Origin: Bacteroidales bacterium
GTDB taxonomy: Bacteria; Bacteroidota; Bacteroidia; Bacteroidales; VadinHA17
DNA: 64,000 nucleotides
Assembly: GCA_011620595.1 (NCBI GenBank)
Contig: WOYX01000038.1
Span: forward strand, 2,774-66,773
Reading direction: 5' to 3'
A program made the position numbers and the translations under genes. The notes beneath the pieces were generated by a model. That model made no database searches. It was not told the DNA's origin and saw only the letters and a program-made list of their open reading frames with translations. Numbering within the stretch: position 1 is the first letter of the stretch; every line of letters begins with the position of its first letter. This document shows, in pieces, positions 8,774 to 17,925 of the stretch.

Positions 8774-9512
8774 GCTTCTTTATTTTTGATAAAATTACAA
8801 AAACATCAGGTTTAATAAGTTTCCGAAATATATAATTAATATCCAGTCTTCGGTTCACTTGAAGTGATAAGCATGAAGAATAGCATGAAGAGTGCCGTGG
8901 GCAGTAAGCTGCGAACTGCAGGATAATTGCCGGAGATTCTGCTGTCACCGTCCCGGGAGATGTTTGAAGGGTTCTTGAGATAAGGGATTTGTTTTCTGAA
9001 AAGTCTGTTTTCCAGAGTATGAAGGTAATAATTCTGCAGATCACTAACCATCGCGCCTGTTGTATTTCTATCGCAGATGATGAAGCTCTTGTATATGCAT
9101 CCGGGGTTGGGTAAAGCCATACCGTTTTGCAGAAAAGAGTCAGAACATTTCAGATGTCTGGCAATATTATTAATAATCAATGATATATGGCCGACAAGCT
9201 ATGGTTAACACAAAATTAACGTAAATAAAATGCAGCAACAGGGTCAGTTACCGGTCTTTATGTGGAAGACGGTCATGGACAGGGCCGGTTTTCGATTACA
9301 GTAAAAAGCATCTTGCAACTGTGTTTTTAGTCGTGAATTTGACGGGATGGACAGATCTCCCAAATTCTGCAATCAGTCTCTTTTTCTAGTTAGTGTTAAT
9401 CTGAATGCCATGGAAAGATTAAAGCTTCTCATAACTGCTATTTACGGTTTGCTGCTGACAGCACCGGCGTAGCATCTATATTTTTTTGAAAACTAACCTA
9501 AATGTAAAGCTT

Positions 9513-10023
9513 ATGAAAAAATTGCTTTTGTATTTGGTCTTTTTTGTGCTGGGGGGTTCAGCCCTGATAGCGCAGACGGGGGCAATTACGGGGTCAGTTA
9601 CTTCATCCATCGAAGGTGAGGGGACGCTTCCTGCAGTTACTGTAATTGTAAAGGGTACTGCAATCGGCACCTCAACAGATGCTGACGGCAGGTATTCCCT
9701 GTCTGTTCCCGCAGATGCGACAACCAGTATGTTGATTTTTAGCCTCGGGTCGTGACGACTATGTTGTGACCTCCAATCTCATTGATGCCATGCAGCCTAC
9801 TGATCCTGCTCCGGAGCATCATATATTAAGTGTGACAGTCACGGATCCCCGCCTTAAGTTTTATGCCATTCCTGTTGTTGGCAGTGTGCCTCCTGTCTAC
9901 AAAGGCGGAGCCCAGGGCCAGGCAAACGGATATCCGTCGTTTTCTCATGTGAACCCGATTCACCTGACGCCTGACAGGCCGCGGGTAATCATGGACTACA
10001 CCGAAGCGGAGTTCCTTATTTAA
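9513..10023 (+). pseudogene. SusC-like N-terminus fused by deletion to a SusD-like internal fragment (decayed PUL remnant)
   Basis: 9513-9755 encodes MKKLLLYLVFFVLGGSALIAQTGAITGSVTS..GTLPAVTVIVKGTAIGTSTDADGRYSLSVP..LIFSLGS*, an 80-aa signal plus CarboxypepD_reg start of a SusC/RagA receptor, then a stop. 9766-10023 encodes ...DPRLKFY...YKGGAQGQ...PRVIMDYTEAEFLI*, which resembles the distal part of SusD/RagB proteins. Confidence 0.6.
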
Positions 10024-10198
10024 GCCCTGAACGCATAGTACCCGGGCAAATGAAAAATACTGAGAGGAGTCCAGCTCTATAGCCTTCCTCCCCGTGCCTG
10101 TTAAAAGTCTTTATTAAAAATTTGTACAGGGCCAGCCAAATTTTATAAAGTCTTTATGAAAGCATTGCCAAATTTGTCCGGTTATCAGGCGGCCTGTC

Positions 10199-11776
10199 AT
10201 GTCCAATAATAAAAGTATAAATTTGGGAAAGCGAAAGGATATCACAATGAAAGGCACCTTGCCATTATTGCACCTGCCATTAAATATAAAAATCTACCAG
10301 TATCTCCTGGTTGTCATTATAATCGGGCTGACTACTTTAATCTTAAGTCCTCTTTCAAATTCACAGAGTTATCATATTGTTTCTTTCATCCTGCTATTCG
10401 TTGTTGCCATGCTTGCGGTCTTTATGGGGATAGGGCCCGTTCTGCTGGCGTCAACGATAAGTGCCATTGCCTGGAACTATTTCTTCATCCCCCCTTTTCA
10501 CACTTTTCATATTGAGAAGACCGAGGACAGGCTTATGTTTGTCTCCTTCTTTATCATTGCACTTCTGAATGGGATTTTGACCAACAGGATACGGATGCAG
10601 GAAAGGCTGGTCAGAGACAGGGAGAATCAAACGAATGCACTGTTTCAGCTTACGGAAGAGCTTTCAAAAGCCAGCGGTATTGACAACGTGCTTGAAGTGG
10701 CACGTAATGATTTCAGGAAACATTTCAATGCTGAATGCTGGTTTATCATCCGGGACGGGAACAACAAACTTGATTTTGCATCAACTGGCAAGACCGTCAA
10801 TGGAACACCTGCCATAGATAAACAGATAGTTGAGACGGTCTTCCGGGATTCGGTCAAAGCAGGCAGGTATACAGGCTCTTCCGGTGAAGCCGGCCTTACC
10901 TATCATCCTTTGACCGGAACCAGGCTAAATCCAGGAGTCATCGCCATCAGCATTGACAAGCCGGCATATATTAACAGGGAGGCTTTCTGGGACACTTATT
11001 TTACCCAGATTTCCAACGCACTTGAGCGTGAGTTCCTCGCAGAGCTGGCGGTTAAAGCGAGGATACTGGATGAATCGGACAAGTTATATGAGACATTGTT
11101 CAATCTTATCTCTCATGAATTCAGGATCCCGATTGCCACAATAATGGGAGCCTCTGACACATTGATGATTTCAGAGACATCCCTTAAAATCCGGGAGGAG
11201 TTATACAGTGAGATATTCAAGGCTACAGCGAGGCTCAATCATCTGATTGAGAATCTTCTGAATATGTCACGTCTTGAGAGCGGAAAAATTTCATTGCGTC
11301 CCGACTGGTGTGATGTAAATGATCTTGTAAACAAGGTTTGTCAGAATCTCAAACAGGATCTGGACATGTTTAATTTTAAAGCGATGATACCGGAAGATAT
11401 GCCCCTGGTCAGGGTCGATTTCGGCCTTATGGAGCATGTCCTGTACAACCTTTTGCTTAACTCATGCCAGCATTCCCCGGTTTCCGGTGATATAGAACTT
11501 AATGCAGCCTATGTGAACGGAAACTTCATTCTGAAAGTAACCGATAGCGGTCCGGGTTTTCCTCCGCATCTTCTGCCAAATGTTTTTGATAAATTTTTCA
11601 GGGTGGACGGGTCCAGGGCCGGAGGGCTGGGCCTTGGACTCTCAATAGTAAAAGGTCTGGTTGAGGCTCACAGCGGTACCGTCAGGGTCGGGAATAATCC
11701 GGAAGGGGGAGCAGCATTTACTGTCACAATTCCCTCTGATCTCCCTGATATGAATGAATTATCAGAAGTGGAATGA
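10199..11776 (+). CDS. kdpD: KdpD-type sensor histidine kinase lacking the N-terminal KdpD/Usp sensor region
   Basis: Begins directly with the four-TM DUF4118-like block. A KdpD-like linker follows (RENQTNALFQLTEELSKASG...IIRDGNNKL), then H-box LISHEFRIPIATIMG and an HATPase region (DSGPGFPP, GGLGLGLSIVKG). Confidence 0.75.
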   Translation: MSNNKSINLGKRKDITMKGTLPLLHLPLNIKIYQYLLVVIIIGLTTLILSPLSNSQSYHIVSFILLFVVAMLAVFMGIGPVLLASTISAIAWNYFFIPPFHTFHIEKTEDRLMFVSFFIIALLNGILTNRIRMQERLVRDRENQTNALFQLTEELSKASGIDNVLEVARNDFRKHFNAECWFIIRDGNNKLDFASTGKTVNGTPAIDKQIVETVFRDSVKAGRYTGSSGEAGLTYHPLTGTRLNPGVIAISIDKPAYINREAFWDTYFTQISNALEREFLAELAVKARILDESDKLYETLFNLISHEFRIPIATIMGASDTLMISETSLKIREELYSEIFKATARLNHLIENLLNMSRLESGKISLRPDWCDVNDLVNKVCQNLKQDLDMFNFKAMIPEDMPLVRVDFGLMEHVLYNLLLNSCQHSPVSGDIELNAAYVNGNFILKVTDSGPGFPPHLLPNVFDKFFRVDGSRAGGLGLGLSIVKGLVEAHSGTVRVGNNPEGGAAFTVTIPSDLPDMNELSEVE

Positions 11777-12456
11777 ATGAGAAAAAGAGCATACTGATCA
11801 TTGATGATGAGGTCCAGATCCGCAGACTGCTGGAGATTTCACTGTCGGCTTATGAGTTCAATACCTTTTTTGCAGATAACGGGCAGCAGGGACTCGTGGC
11901 AGCTGCAACGCACCATCCTTCACTCATAATTCTGGATCTGGGTTTGCCGGATATGGATGGTCTGAAACTGCTTCTCAGGTTACGGGAATGGTTTACAAAA
12001 CCGATAATTGTCCTGTCAGTCCGAAGTTCGGAGGAAGATATTGTTGCGGCTCTGGATAACGGCGCAAATGATTATTTGACAAAGCCTTTCAGAAGCGGGG
12101 AGCTTATCGCCAGAATCCGCGCAGCAATCAGGTCGAATGAGGAAATAAAAGATAATCCATTGATGGAATTCGGGTCAATCACAATCGATATGATCAGTCA
12201 CGTTGTACGAAAGAATGGAGAGATCATCAAGCTTACTTCAACAGAATTTGCCTTGCTGGCTCTTCTGGCCTCAAACAGCGGCCGTGTCCTTACTCATCAG
12301 TTCATTCTTAAAGAGATATGGGGTTATGGCTATCTGGAACAAACTCAGTATCTGCGCGTTTTTATAGCACAACTCAGAAAGAAGATTGAGGACAATCCCT
12401 CAAAACCTGTATTGCTGGTTACAGAGTCAGGCATAGGATACAGGTTTGGTAATTAG
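11773..12456 (+). CDS. kdpE: KdpE-like OmpR-family response regulator
   Basis: 4-nt overlap with the kinase gene. Receiver domain LIILDLGLPDMDG. C-terminus YLRVFIAQLRKKIEDNPSKPVLLVTESGIGYRF closely parallels E. coli KdpE (YLRIYMGHLRQKLEQDPARPRHFITETGIGYRF). Confidence 0.8.
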   Translation: MNEKKSILIIDDEVQIRRLLEISLSAYEFNTFFADNGQQGLVAAATHHPSLIILDLGLPDMDGLKLLLRLREWFTKPIIVLSVRSSEEDIVAALDNGANDYLTKPFRSGELIARIRAAIRSNEEIKDNPLMEFGSITIDMISHVVRKNGEIIKLTSTEFALLALLASNSGRVLTHQFILKEIWGYGYLEQTQYLRVFIAQLRKKIEDNPSKPVLLVTESGIGYRFGN

Positions 12457-12692
12457 CACAATAACACTTATCGTTTTCCAACCGATGCCGGCATTCAGTA
12501 CCCGGAATTTGGCTGATTCTGTCATACTGCCTCACTGGCTGGTTATCCAACAGGTGCCGTAATTCCGTGCGCCGGGTCACGCTGACCCTGTCATAATATT
12601 ACACTTATTGCCGTCCATCCGGTACTGGCATCGCATGTCCTGAGCTGCGCCGACTCTATAATTTTATATATACGACATATTATCTATACGAC

Positions 12693-12731
12693 ATCTTTAC
12701 AAAATCTTTATAATTGCAGGGCAAATCTTTA
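12693..12731 (+). promoter_or_regulatory. Three direct ATCTTTA heptamers upstream of trkH (candidate response-regulator operator/promoter)
   Basis: ATCTTTA at 12693, 12704 and 12725 (spacing 11 and 21 bp). Related GTCTTTA at 10107 and 10150 upstream of the kdpD-like gene. The 37-nt stretches TTATAAAGTCTTTATGAAAGCATTGCCAAATTTGTCC (10143-10179) and TTACAAAATCTTTATAATTGCAGGGCAAATCTTTACT (12698-12734) are about 70% identical. Confidence 0.4.
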
Positions 12732-12785
12732 CTTAATGCTTACGCTTCCTGGCTCACTTTTGTGCTGGAAATTCATTCTGCAAAG

Positions 12786-14231
12786 ATGAGATTGATAAAT
12801 CCATTGAAAATCCTCAGGATTCTAAGTACTATTCTGTTGATTGAGACCGGATTCTTCCTGCTCTGTCTTCCTGTAGCCCTCATTTACAGGGAGCCACTGC
12901 AGCCGTTTCTCATTTCTTCGTCAATCAGTGGAGTGTTGTATCTGTTGCTCCATTTTGTGGGCAGAAAGGCGGACCCCGGCATGGTAAGCAACAGAGACTC
13001 ATTTTTAATTGTAACTATCGCATGGATATCATTTTCACTTGTGGGTTCACTTCCCTATCTGATCAGCGGTAGTATACCATCATTTGTTGATGCAATCTTC
13101 GAATCGACGTCAGGATTTACAACGACAGGCTCTTCAATCCTGCAGGAGGTTGAAGTGCTCCCTTATTCAATTCTTTTCTGGAGAAGCCTTACGCACTGGA
13201 TCGGGGGAATAGGAATAATAGTTTTGGTAATACTCGTACTTCCATCTCTTAAAGTTGCCGGATACCATCTCTTCAGCCTGGAATCTTCGCTTAAGGAAAA
13301 AATCCACCCGAGAACCAGGGGTGAAGTATACCGGATTCTCTATATTTATGTTGGTCTCACTGTTATTGAAATACTTTTTCTTGTACTCGGAGGTATGAAT
13401 TTATTTGAAAGTGTCTGTCATGCCTTCGGAACAGTTGCTACGGGAGGCTTCTCACCCAAGAATACCAGTCTGGCAGGGTACTCGCCATATATTCAATATG
13501 TTGTAGCTGTTTTTATGCTTTTATCAGCAACAAGCTATGTAGTGTTTTATTATGCCCTGAAGGGGAGTTTCAGGAAGGTTTTTAAAAATGATGAGTTCTG
13601 GACCTATCTCTTTATTGTCACTGCGGGTGTGGTCTTTGTCACTCTCACACTGTATTTTAAAACAGAACGTAACTTTGAACTCTCTTTCCGGCATGCATTC
13701 TTCCAGGTTGTCTCCCAGATAACCTGTACAGGTTATGCAACATCAGATTACATGGCTTTTCCATCAATCGGGATGTTCTTTATGTTCCTGATCATGTTTT
13801 CAGGGGGGTCAACAGGGTCAACCACCGGCGGAATAAAGATTGCACGGCACCTGGTATCCATAAAGAATCTCCGGAACACTTTTATCAGGATCCATCATCC
13901 CAATGCAGTTATCCCCATCAGGCTGAACGGGAGGATAGTCCCGGAGGGGTATGCAAATCAGATGACGGTCTTTATCCTGCTCTACCTGATCATATTTGCG
14001 ACCGGCAATATAATCATGCAACTGACGGGCATCTCCGTCATGGAGGCCTCAGGAGCCAGCGCATCGTGTCTGGCAGGCATCGGCCCCGGGCTTGGGGCCT
14101 CAGGCAATATGGGCAATTATGCCCATTTCAATGATACAGCCAAGATCACAATGATGCTCCTGATGCTGATAGGCCGACTAGAGCTGTATACCTTCCTGAC
14201 CATCTTCACAAGGACATTCAGGAGAAATTGA
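12786..14231 (+). CDS. trkH: TrkH/KtrB-family potassium transporter
   Basis: Start set at ATG 12786 (MRLINPLKILRIL). Polytopic, with repeated selectivity-filter-like motifs (SGFTTTGSS, TVATGGFS, ITCTGYAT, GSTTGGIK). Confidence 0.85.
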   Translation: MRLINPLKILRILSTILLIETGFFLLCLPVALIYREPLQPFLISSSISGVLYLLLHFVGRKADPGMVSNRDSFLIVTIAWISFSLVGSLPYLISGSIPSFVDAIFESTSGFTTTGSSILQEVEVLPYSILFWRSLTHWIGGIGIIVLVILVLPSLKVAGYHLFSLESSLKEKIHPRTRGEVYRILYIYVGLTVIEILFLVLGGMNLFESVCHAFGTVATGGFSPKNTSLAGYSPYIQYVVAVFMLLSATSYVVFYYALKGSFRKVFKNDEFWTYLFIVTAGVVFVTLTLYFKTERNFELSFRHAFFQVVSQITCTGYATSDYMAFPSIGMFFMFLIMFSGGSTGSTTGGIKIARHLVSIKNLRNTFIRIHHPNAVIPIRLNGRIVPEGYANQMTVFILLYLIIFATGNIIMQLTGISVMEASGASASCLAGIGPGLGASGNMGNYAHFNDTAKITMMLLMLIGRLELYTFLTIFTRTFRRN

Positions 14232-14291
14232 CAATGCCACCTTCACGGATAGACCCACGGCAATGAATCTGAGAACCGTCAACAGAAACGT

Positions 14292-14320
14292 CAGCCCGCG
14301 GCCATCTGCGCCGCGGGCTG
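14292..14320. terminator. Hairpin between convergent trkH and prolyl oligopeptidase genes
   Basis: Perfect 10-bp stem CAGCCCGCGG / CCGCGGGCTG with a 9-nt loop. The flanking U-tract is weak (ACGUUUCUG on the minus strand). Confidence 0.5.
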
Positions 14321-14365
14321 AAAAATATGTCTGATCTGTCTCTGCTAATGTTTCGTGGCCGGCCG

Positions 14366-16510
14366 CTATCTGATTTTCTTTATACCCATATTCCACAGTG
14401 TGAAACTGTAGAGGTCAGCGGTCACCTCGATGCGCTTGTTTACCGGGGTGCCGGCGCCGTGACCAGCGCTTGTCTCGATACGGATGAGCACCGGGTTTGG
14501 CCCTGCCTGTTTCGCCTGCAGATGGGCGGCAAACTTGAATGAGTGTGCCGGTACCACCCTGTCGTCGTGGTCGGAGGTCGTCACCAGCGTTGCCGGGTAG
14601 GCAGTGCCTGCCACAACATTATGCACGGGGGAGTATTTCAGCAGGTAGCTGAACATCTCGGCACTCTCGTCGGCCGTACCGTAGTCATAGGCCCATCCTG
14701 CTCCGGCAGTGAACTTGTGGTACCTGAGCATGTCAAGCACACCGACAGCGGGAAGAGCCACCCTGAAGAGGTCGGGTCTCTGGGTCATGACCGCACCTAC
14801 AAGCAGTCCGCCGTTGGAGCCGCCCTGCATGGCGAGGTACCCGGATGAGGTGTACCCGTTTTCAATGAGATATTCTGCAGCAGCTATGAAATCGTCAAAC
14901 ACGTTCTGTTTTTTCATCTTTGTTCCGGCCAGGTGCCACTCTTCACCGTATTCACCTCCGCCACGGATGTTCGGCACCGCATAGATACCGCCCATCTCCA
15001 GCCAGCAGGCTACGGAGACCGAAAAACCGGGAGTCTCACTTATTCCGAAACCGCCATAGCCATAGAGTAGTGTGGGGTTCTTTCCGTTGAGTACGGCATC
15101 CTTGCCGTGGGTAATGATCATGGGTACCCGGGTGCCGTCCTTAGAAGTGTAGAAGACCTGTTCCGAGACATAATCTTCACTTTTGAACAGAACCGCCGGC
15201 TTCTTATATTCCGCGGTCTCACCGGTCTGAGGATCAAGCTTATAGATTGTTGAAGGATTCGTATAGTTGCTGAACGAGAAGTAAATGTCCCTGTCTTCTT
15301 TCCTGCCGTAGAATCCTCCTGCGGAGCCAATGCCCGGCAGTTCAATCTCCCTGACAAGCACGCCGTTCATGTCATACTGTTTCACGTCTGATATGGCATC
15401 TTTAAGGTAATGGGCAAAGAAGTAACCGGCGCCCGTTGAGGGTTGCAGTACATTCTCCGTTTCCGGTATGAAATCGACCCAGTTCTCAGTTCCGGGTTTC
15501 GAGACATCAACGGTGACAACCCGGCCGTTGGGAGCATTCCTGTTTGTATAGATATAGAGTCTGGATCCGTCGCTCTCAATAATCTGACTTTCGCTGTCAA
15601 AGTCAGGCACTATCACGGTGAAGTCACGCTGGTTACGCTTCAGGTCCTTGATATAGAGTTCGTTGCCAGTTGTTGATATCTGGGCGGTCACAACAAGATA
15701 CCTCTGATCATCAGTCACATGACCATAGACATACCTTCTTTTCTTATCTCCTCCGAAGACGATCTGGTCTTCAGACTGCGGGGTACCCACCTTATGCCAG
15801 AAGAGCCTGTGGTGGTCGGTCATGGCAGAGAGTTCGCTGCCCTCTGGTTTTTCATAAGTGGAATAGAAAAAGCCGTCGTTGCCAAGCCAGGAGATAGCCG
15901 TAAACTTGATGTCGACGAGTGTATCACCTATAATTTCTTTGGTATTTGCATCGAGGGTGATCACCTTGCGCCAGTCGGAGCCCCCCTCTGAGATTGCGTA
16001 TGCCATCCGGCTGCCGTCTTTTGAGAAGCCCATCTCCCGGAGCGAGGTGGTACCGTCTGCCGAAAAGGTGTTGGGGTCAAGGAATATCTCGGGCTCTTCT
16101 CCCTCTTTCTGCCTGTAGAGGATATCCTGGTTCTGGAGGCCGTCGTTCTTTGTGAAGTAGGTATATTCACCTCTGGTGAATGGTATGCCGTACTTCTCAT
16201 AGTTGAACATCTCAGTCAGGCGCTCCCTGATCTGCGCGCGGTAGGGTATCTTTTCAAGATAGGCGAAGGTAACCTCATTCTGGGCCTTGACCCATGCTGC
16301 GGTCTCTTCTGACATGTCATCCTCGAGCCAGCGGTAGGGATCTGGCACCGGCGTGCCGAAAATAGTATCAACCACGTCACCCATCCTGGTTTCAGGGTAA
16401 GTGATCTTGCTCTCCGGGTTACTGCCGCACGATCCGAGTGCAATCATGGCTGCAACGGTTACGATGATTAACGGTACTGCATTGGGGCAGCGTCTGAGTT
16501 TGTTGTACAT
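14366..16510 (-). CDS. Prolyl oligopeptidase (S9A) lipoprotein
   Basis: Start set at ATG 16510 (MYNKLRR...LGSCG lipobox). YRWLED motif, beta-propeller region, catalytic GGSNGGLL, C-terminal DDRV...HGAG. Confidence 0.9.
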   Translation of the reverse strand: MYNKLRRCPNAVPLIIVTVAAMIALGSCGSNPESKITYPETRMGDVVDTIFGTPVPDPYRWLEDDMSEETAAWVKAQNEVTFAYLEKIPYRAQIRERLTEMFNYEKYGIPFTRGEYTYFTKNDGLQNQDILYRQKEGEEPEIFLDPNTFSADGTTSLREMGFSKDGSRMAYAISEGGSDWRKVITLDANTKEIIGDTLVDIKFTAISWLGNDGFFYSTYEKPEGSELSAMTDHHRLFWHKVGTPQSEDQIVFGGDKKRRYVYGHVTDDQRYLVVTAQISTTGNELYIKDLKRNQRDFTVIVPDFDSESQIIESDGSRLYIYTNRNAPNGRVVTVDVSKPGTENWVDFIPETENVLQPSTGAGYFFAHYLKDAISDVKQYDMNGVLVREIELPGIGSAGGFYGRKEDRDIYFSFSNYTNPSTIYKLDPQTGETAEYKKPAVLFKSEDYVSEQVFYTSKDGTRVPMIITHGKDAVLNGKNPTLLYGYGGFGISETPGFSVSVACWLEMGGIYAVPNIRGGGEYGEEWHLAGTKMKKQNVFDDFIAAAEYLIENGYTSSGYLAMQGGSNGGLLVGAVMTQRPDLFRVALPAVGVLDMLRYHKFTAGAGWAYDYGTADESAEMFSYLLKYSPVHNVVAGTAYPATLVTTSDHDDRVVPAHSFKFAAHLQAKQAGPNPVLIRIETSAGHGAGTPVNKRIEVTADLYSFTLWNMGIKKIR

Positions 16511-16634
16511 AGGTAGGTGGTTTAATATGAAACATAGATTATTCACCGGTAACACCAGATCTGAAATGGATGCAGATCATAGCAACCACCGGTTTCCGTC
16601 ATAAATATACAAATATCATTGAGGTGGGACTCTC

Positions 16635-17156
16635 TCATTGTCTAATCCAGACCTTCTCAATCTCTGCAATATACAGTTTATGGAGTCCGTTGGTGGAGCT
16701 GTAGTGTTCCCTGAGCGGCCTCCCGTCAGTGAATGCATCCCTGGTGAGCATGGATGCATAAAGCTTACGGCACTCGAGCACCAGCCTGGCTTCGGTGAAG
16801 GCAGGGTAGCCGTTCTCAGTGAAACAGGGTGTCAGCCCTGTCTCGGCCACCTTGTCACAGTCGCGCCCGCTCTTTGTGCCGCACAGGTTAAGGGCATCGC
16901 GGTACTTTTCATCAAAGAAGGTAAGCGTAAAGCCCTCGGAGCTCTCTGTGAACCCGAAGGTATACCGTTCGGGACGAACAAAGACAAAGGCCACCGGTTT
17001 GTTCCAGAGGTATCCCATACCGCCCCAGTTGGCTGTCATGGTGTTGAATTTATCCCTGTTGCCGGCAGTGATCAGCATCCAGTCGGAGGCTATCAGCCTG
17101 ATAAGGTTGTCTTCTATCTCTGCCGGGTCTATACGGCTGTAACCCAGATTTCTCAT
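16635..17156 (-). CDS. Flavin reductase-like (FMN-binding split-barrel) protein
   Basis: 173 aa. MLITAGNRDKFNTMTANWGGMGYLWNKPVAFVFVRPERYT is typical of the flavin_reduct family. Confidence 0.75.
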   Translation of the reverse strand: MRNLGYSRIDPAEIEDNLIRLIASDWMLITAGNRDKFNTMTANWGGMGYLWNKPVAFVFVRPERYTFGFTESSEGFTLTFFDEKYRDALNLCGTKSGRDCDKVAETGLTPCFTENGYPAFTEARLVLECRKLYASMLTRDAFTDGRPLREHYSSTNGLHKLYIAEIEKVWIRQ

Positions 17157-17213
17157 GGTTCGAATGTCAATACGGTAAAATTACGATTATTGCAGGAACA
17201 GCAAAGCGGTTTT

Positions 17214-17645
17214 TTACTTGTTTATTACATCTGTGGGTGACAAAGAGGCATAAACCCGGAACTCCGGCGGGTCACTGATGGTCTTCTTTACCAGGCAGAG
17301 CTCAGCTGCATTGATTACTGCCGCCCTGTATTTCTCGGGGAAATCAGAAGGAAGCTGTATATCCAGGGTTATCCTGCCGGGGATCCTTTTTACGGGATCA
17401 AACTCCATGGATTGCACTATTTTGATGTTTTCTGCCGGGATGCCCCGCTGGTCGCAGAATGATTTGACATAAATGCCGGCGCAGGTTCCTATTGATGCCA
17501 GGAACAGTTCAAAAGGCTCCGGTGCGGTGCCGCCTCCTCCGTTTCTGACTGACTGATCTGTTTTTATCGACTTGCCGTTGAGATGTGCGGTGATCACCTT
17601 GCCACCGTCAAATGTTACTTCCATATGGTTTTGTTTTAATTTCAT
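17214..17645 (-). CDS. OsmC/Ohr-family protein
   Basis: 143 aa. GGGGTAPEPFELFLASIGTCAGIYVKSF and AELCLVKKT carry the two Cys typical of OsmC-like proteins. Confidence 0.8.
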   Translation of the reverse strand: MKLKQNHMEVTFDGGKVITAHLNGKSIKTDQSVRNGGGGTAPEPFELFLASIGTCAGIYVKSFCDQRGIPAENIKIVQSMEFDPVKRIPGRITLDIQLPSDFPEKYRAAVINAAELCLVKKTISDPPEFRVYASLSPTDVINK

Positions 17646-17766
17646 TAAACTGGTAAAGTCATTACCTGCACTCTCTTCCCGGCACTGTCACAGAAAGCAC
17701 TGCGGATTGCTTGTCAGTGCAGGGCCTGTCATAAGAGAGCCCCCGCACGGTTTACTGTTGTCGGCC

Positions 17767-17925
17767 CCGGCAGTGATGCCGTCATCAGGAAACTCCCGGG
17801 CCGGCTTCGGCTTCCTGTTCCGGCAGTGATTCCATCATCAGGGCTAACCCGTGCTGCCTTGTACCGCCTTTGCGGGCAGTGATGCTGTCATCAGGAACAC
17901 TTCGAACTGCTTTTTGCTGCCGTCA
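17767..17925. repeat. 53-bp tandem repeat x3 derived from the 3' end of the methyltransferase gene
   Basis: Cores CCGGCAGTGATGCCGTCATCAGGA (17767), CCGGCAGTGATTCCATCATCAGGG (17820) and CGGGCAGTGATGCTGTCATCAGGA (17873), with an exact 53-bp period. Two weaker copies lie further left (~17683-17766). Confidence 0.8.

Noticed and set aside
8836-9180. 114-aa minus-strand ORF (and the overlapping 8619-9044) in the gap between the YD-like lipoprotein and the SusC remnant.
   Set aside because: No recognisable motif. It overlaps another ORF, has an odd composition, and lies in a region with other decay signs. There is not enough support to call a gene.
12457-12785. A c-di-AMP (ydaO/kimA-type) riboswitch in the 330-nt leader region upstream of trkH.
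   Set aside because: I looked for the pseudo-symmetric ydaO core (ACGGGG...GAAUC / CCGA...AAUCC style strings) and found nothing resembling it. Only the direct repeats reported separately are present.
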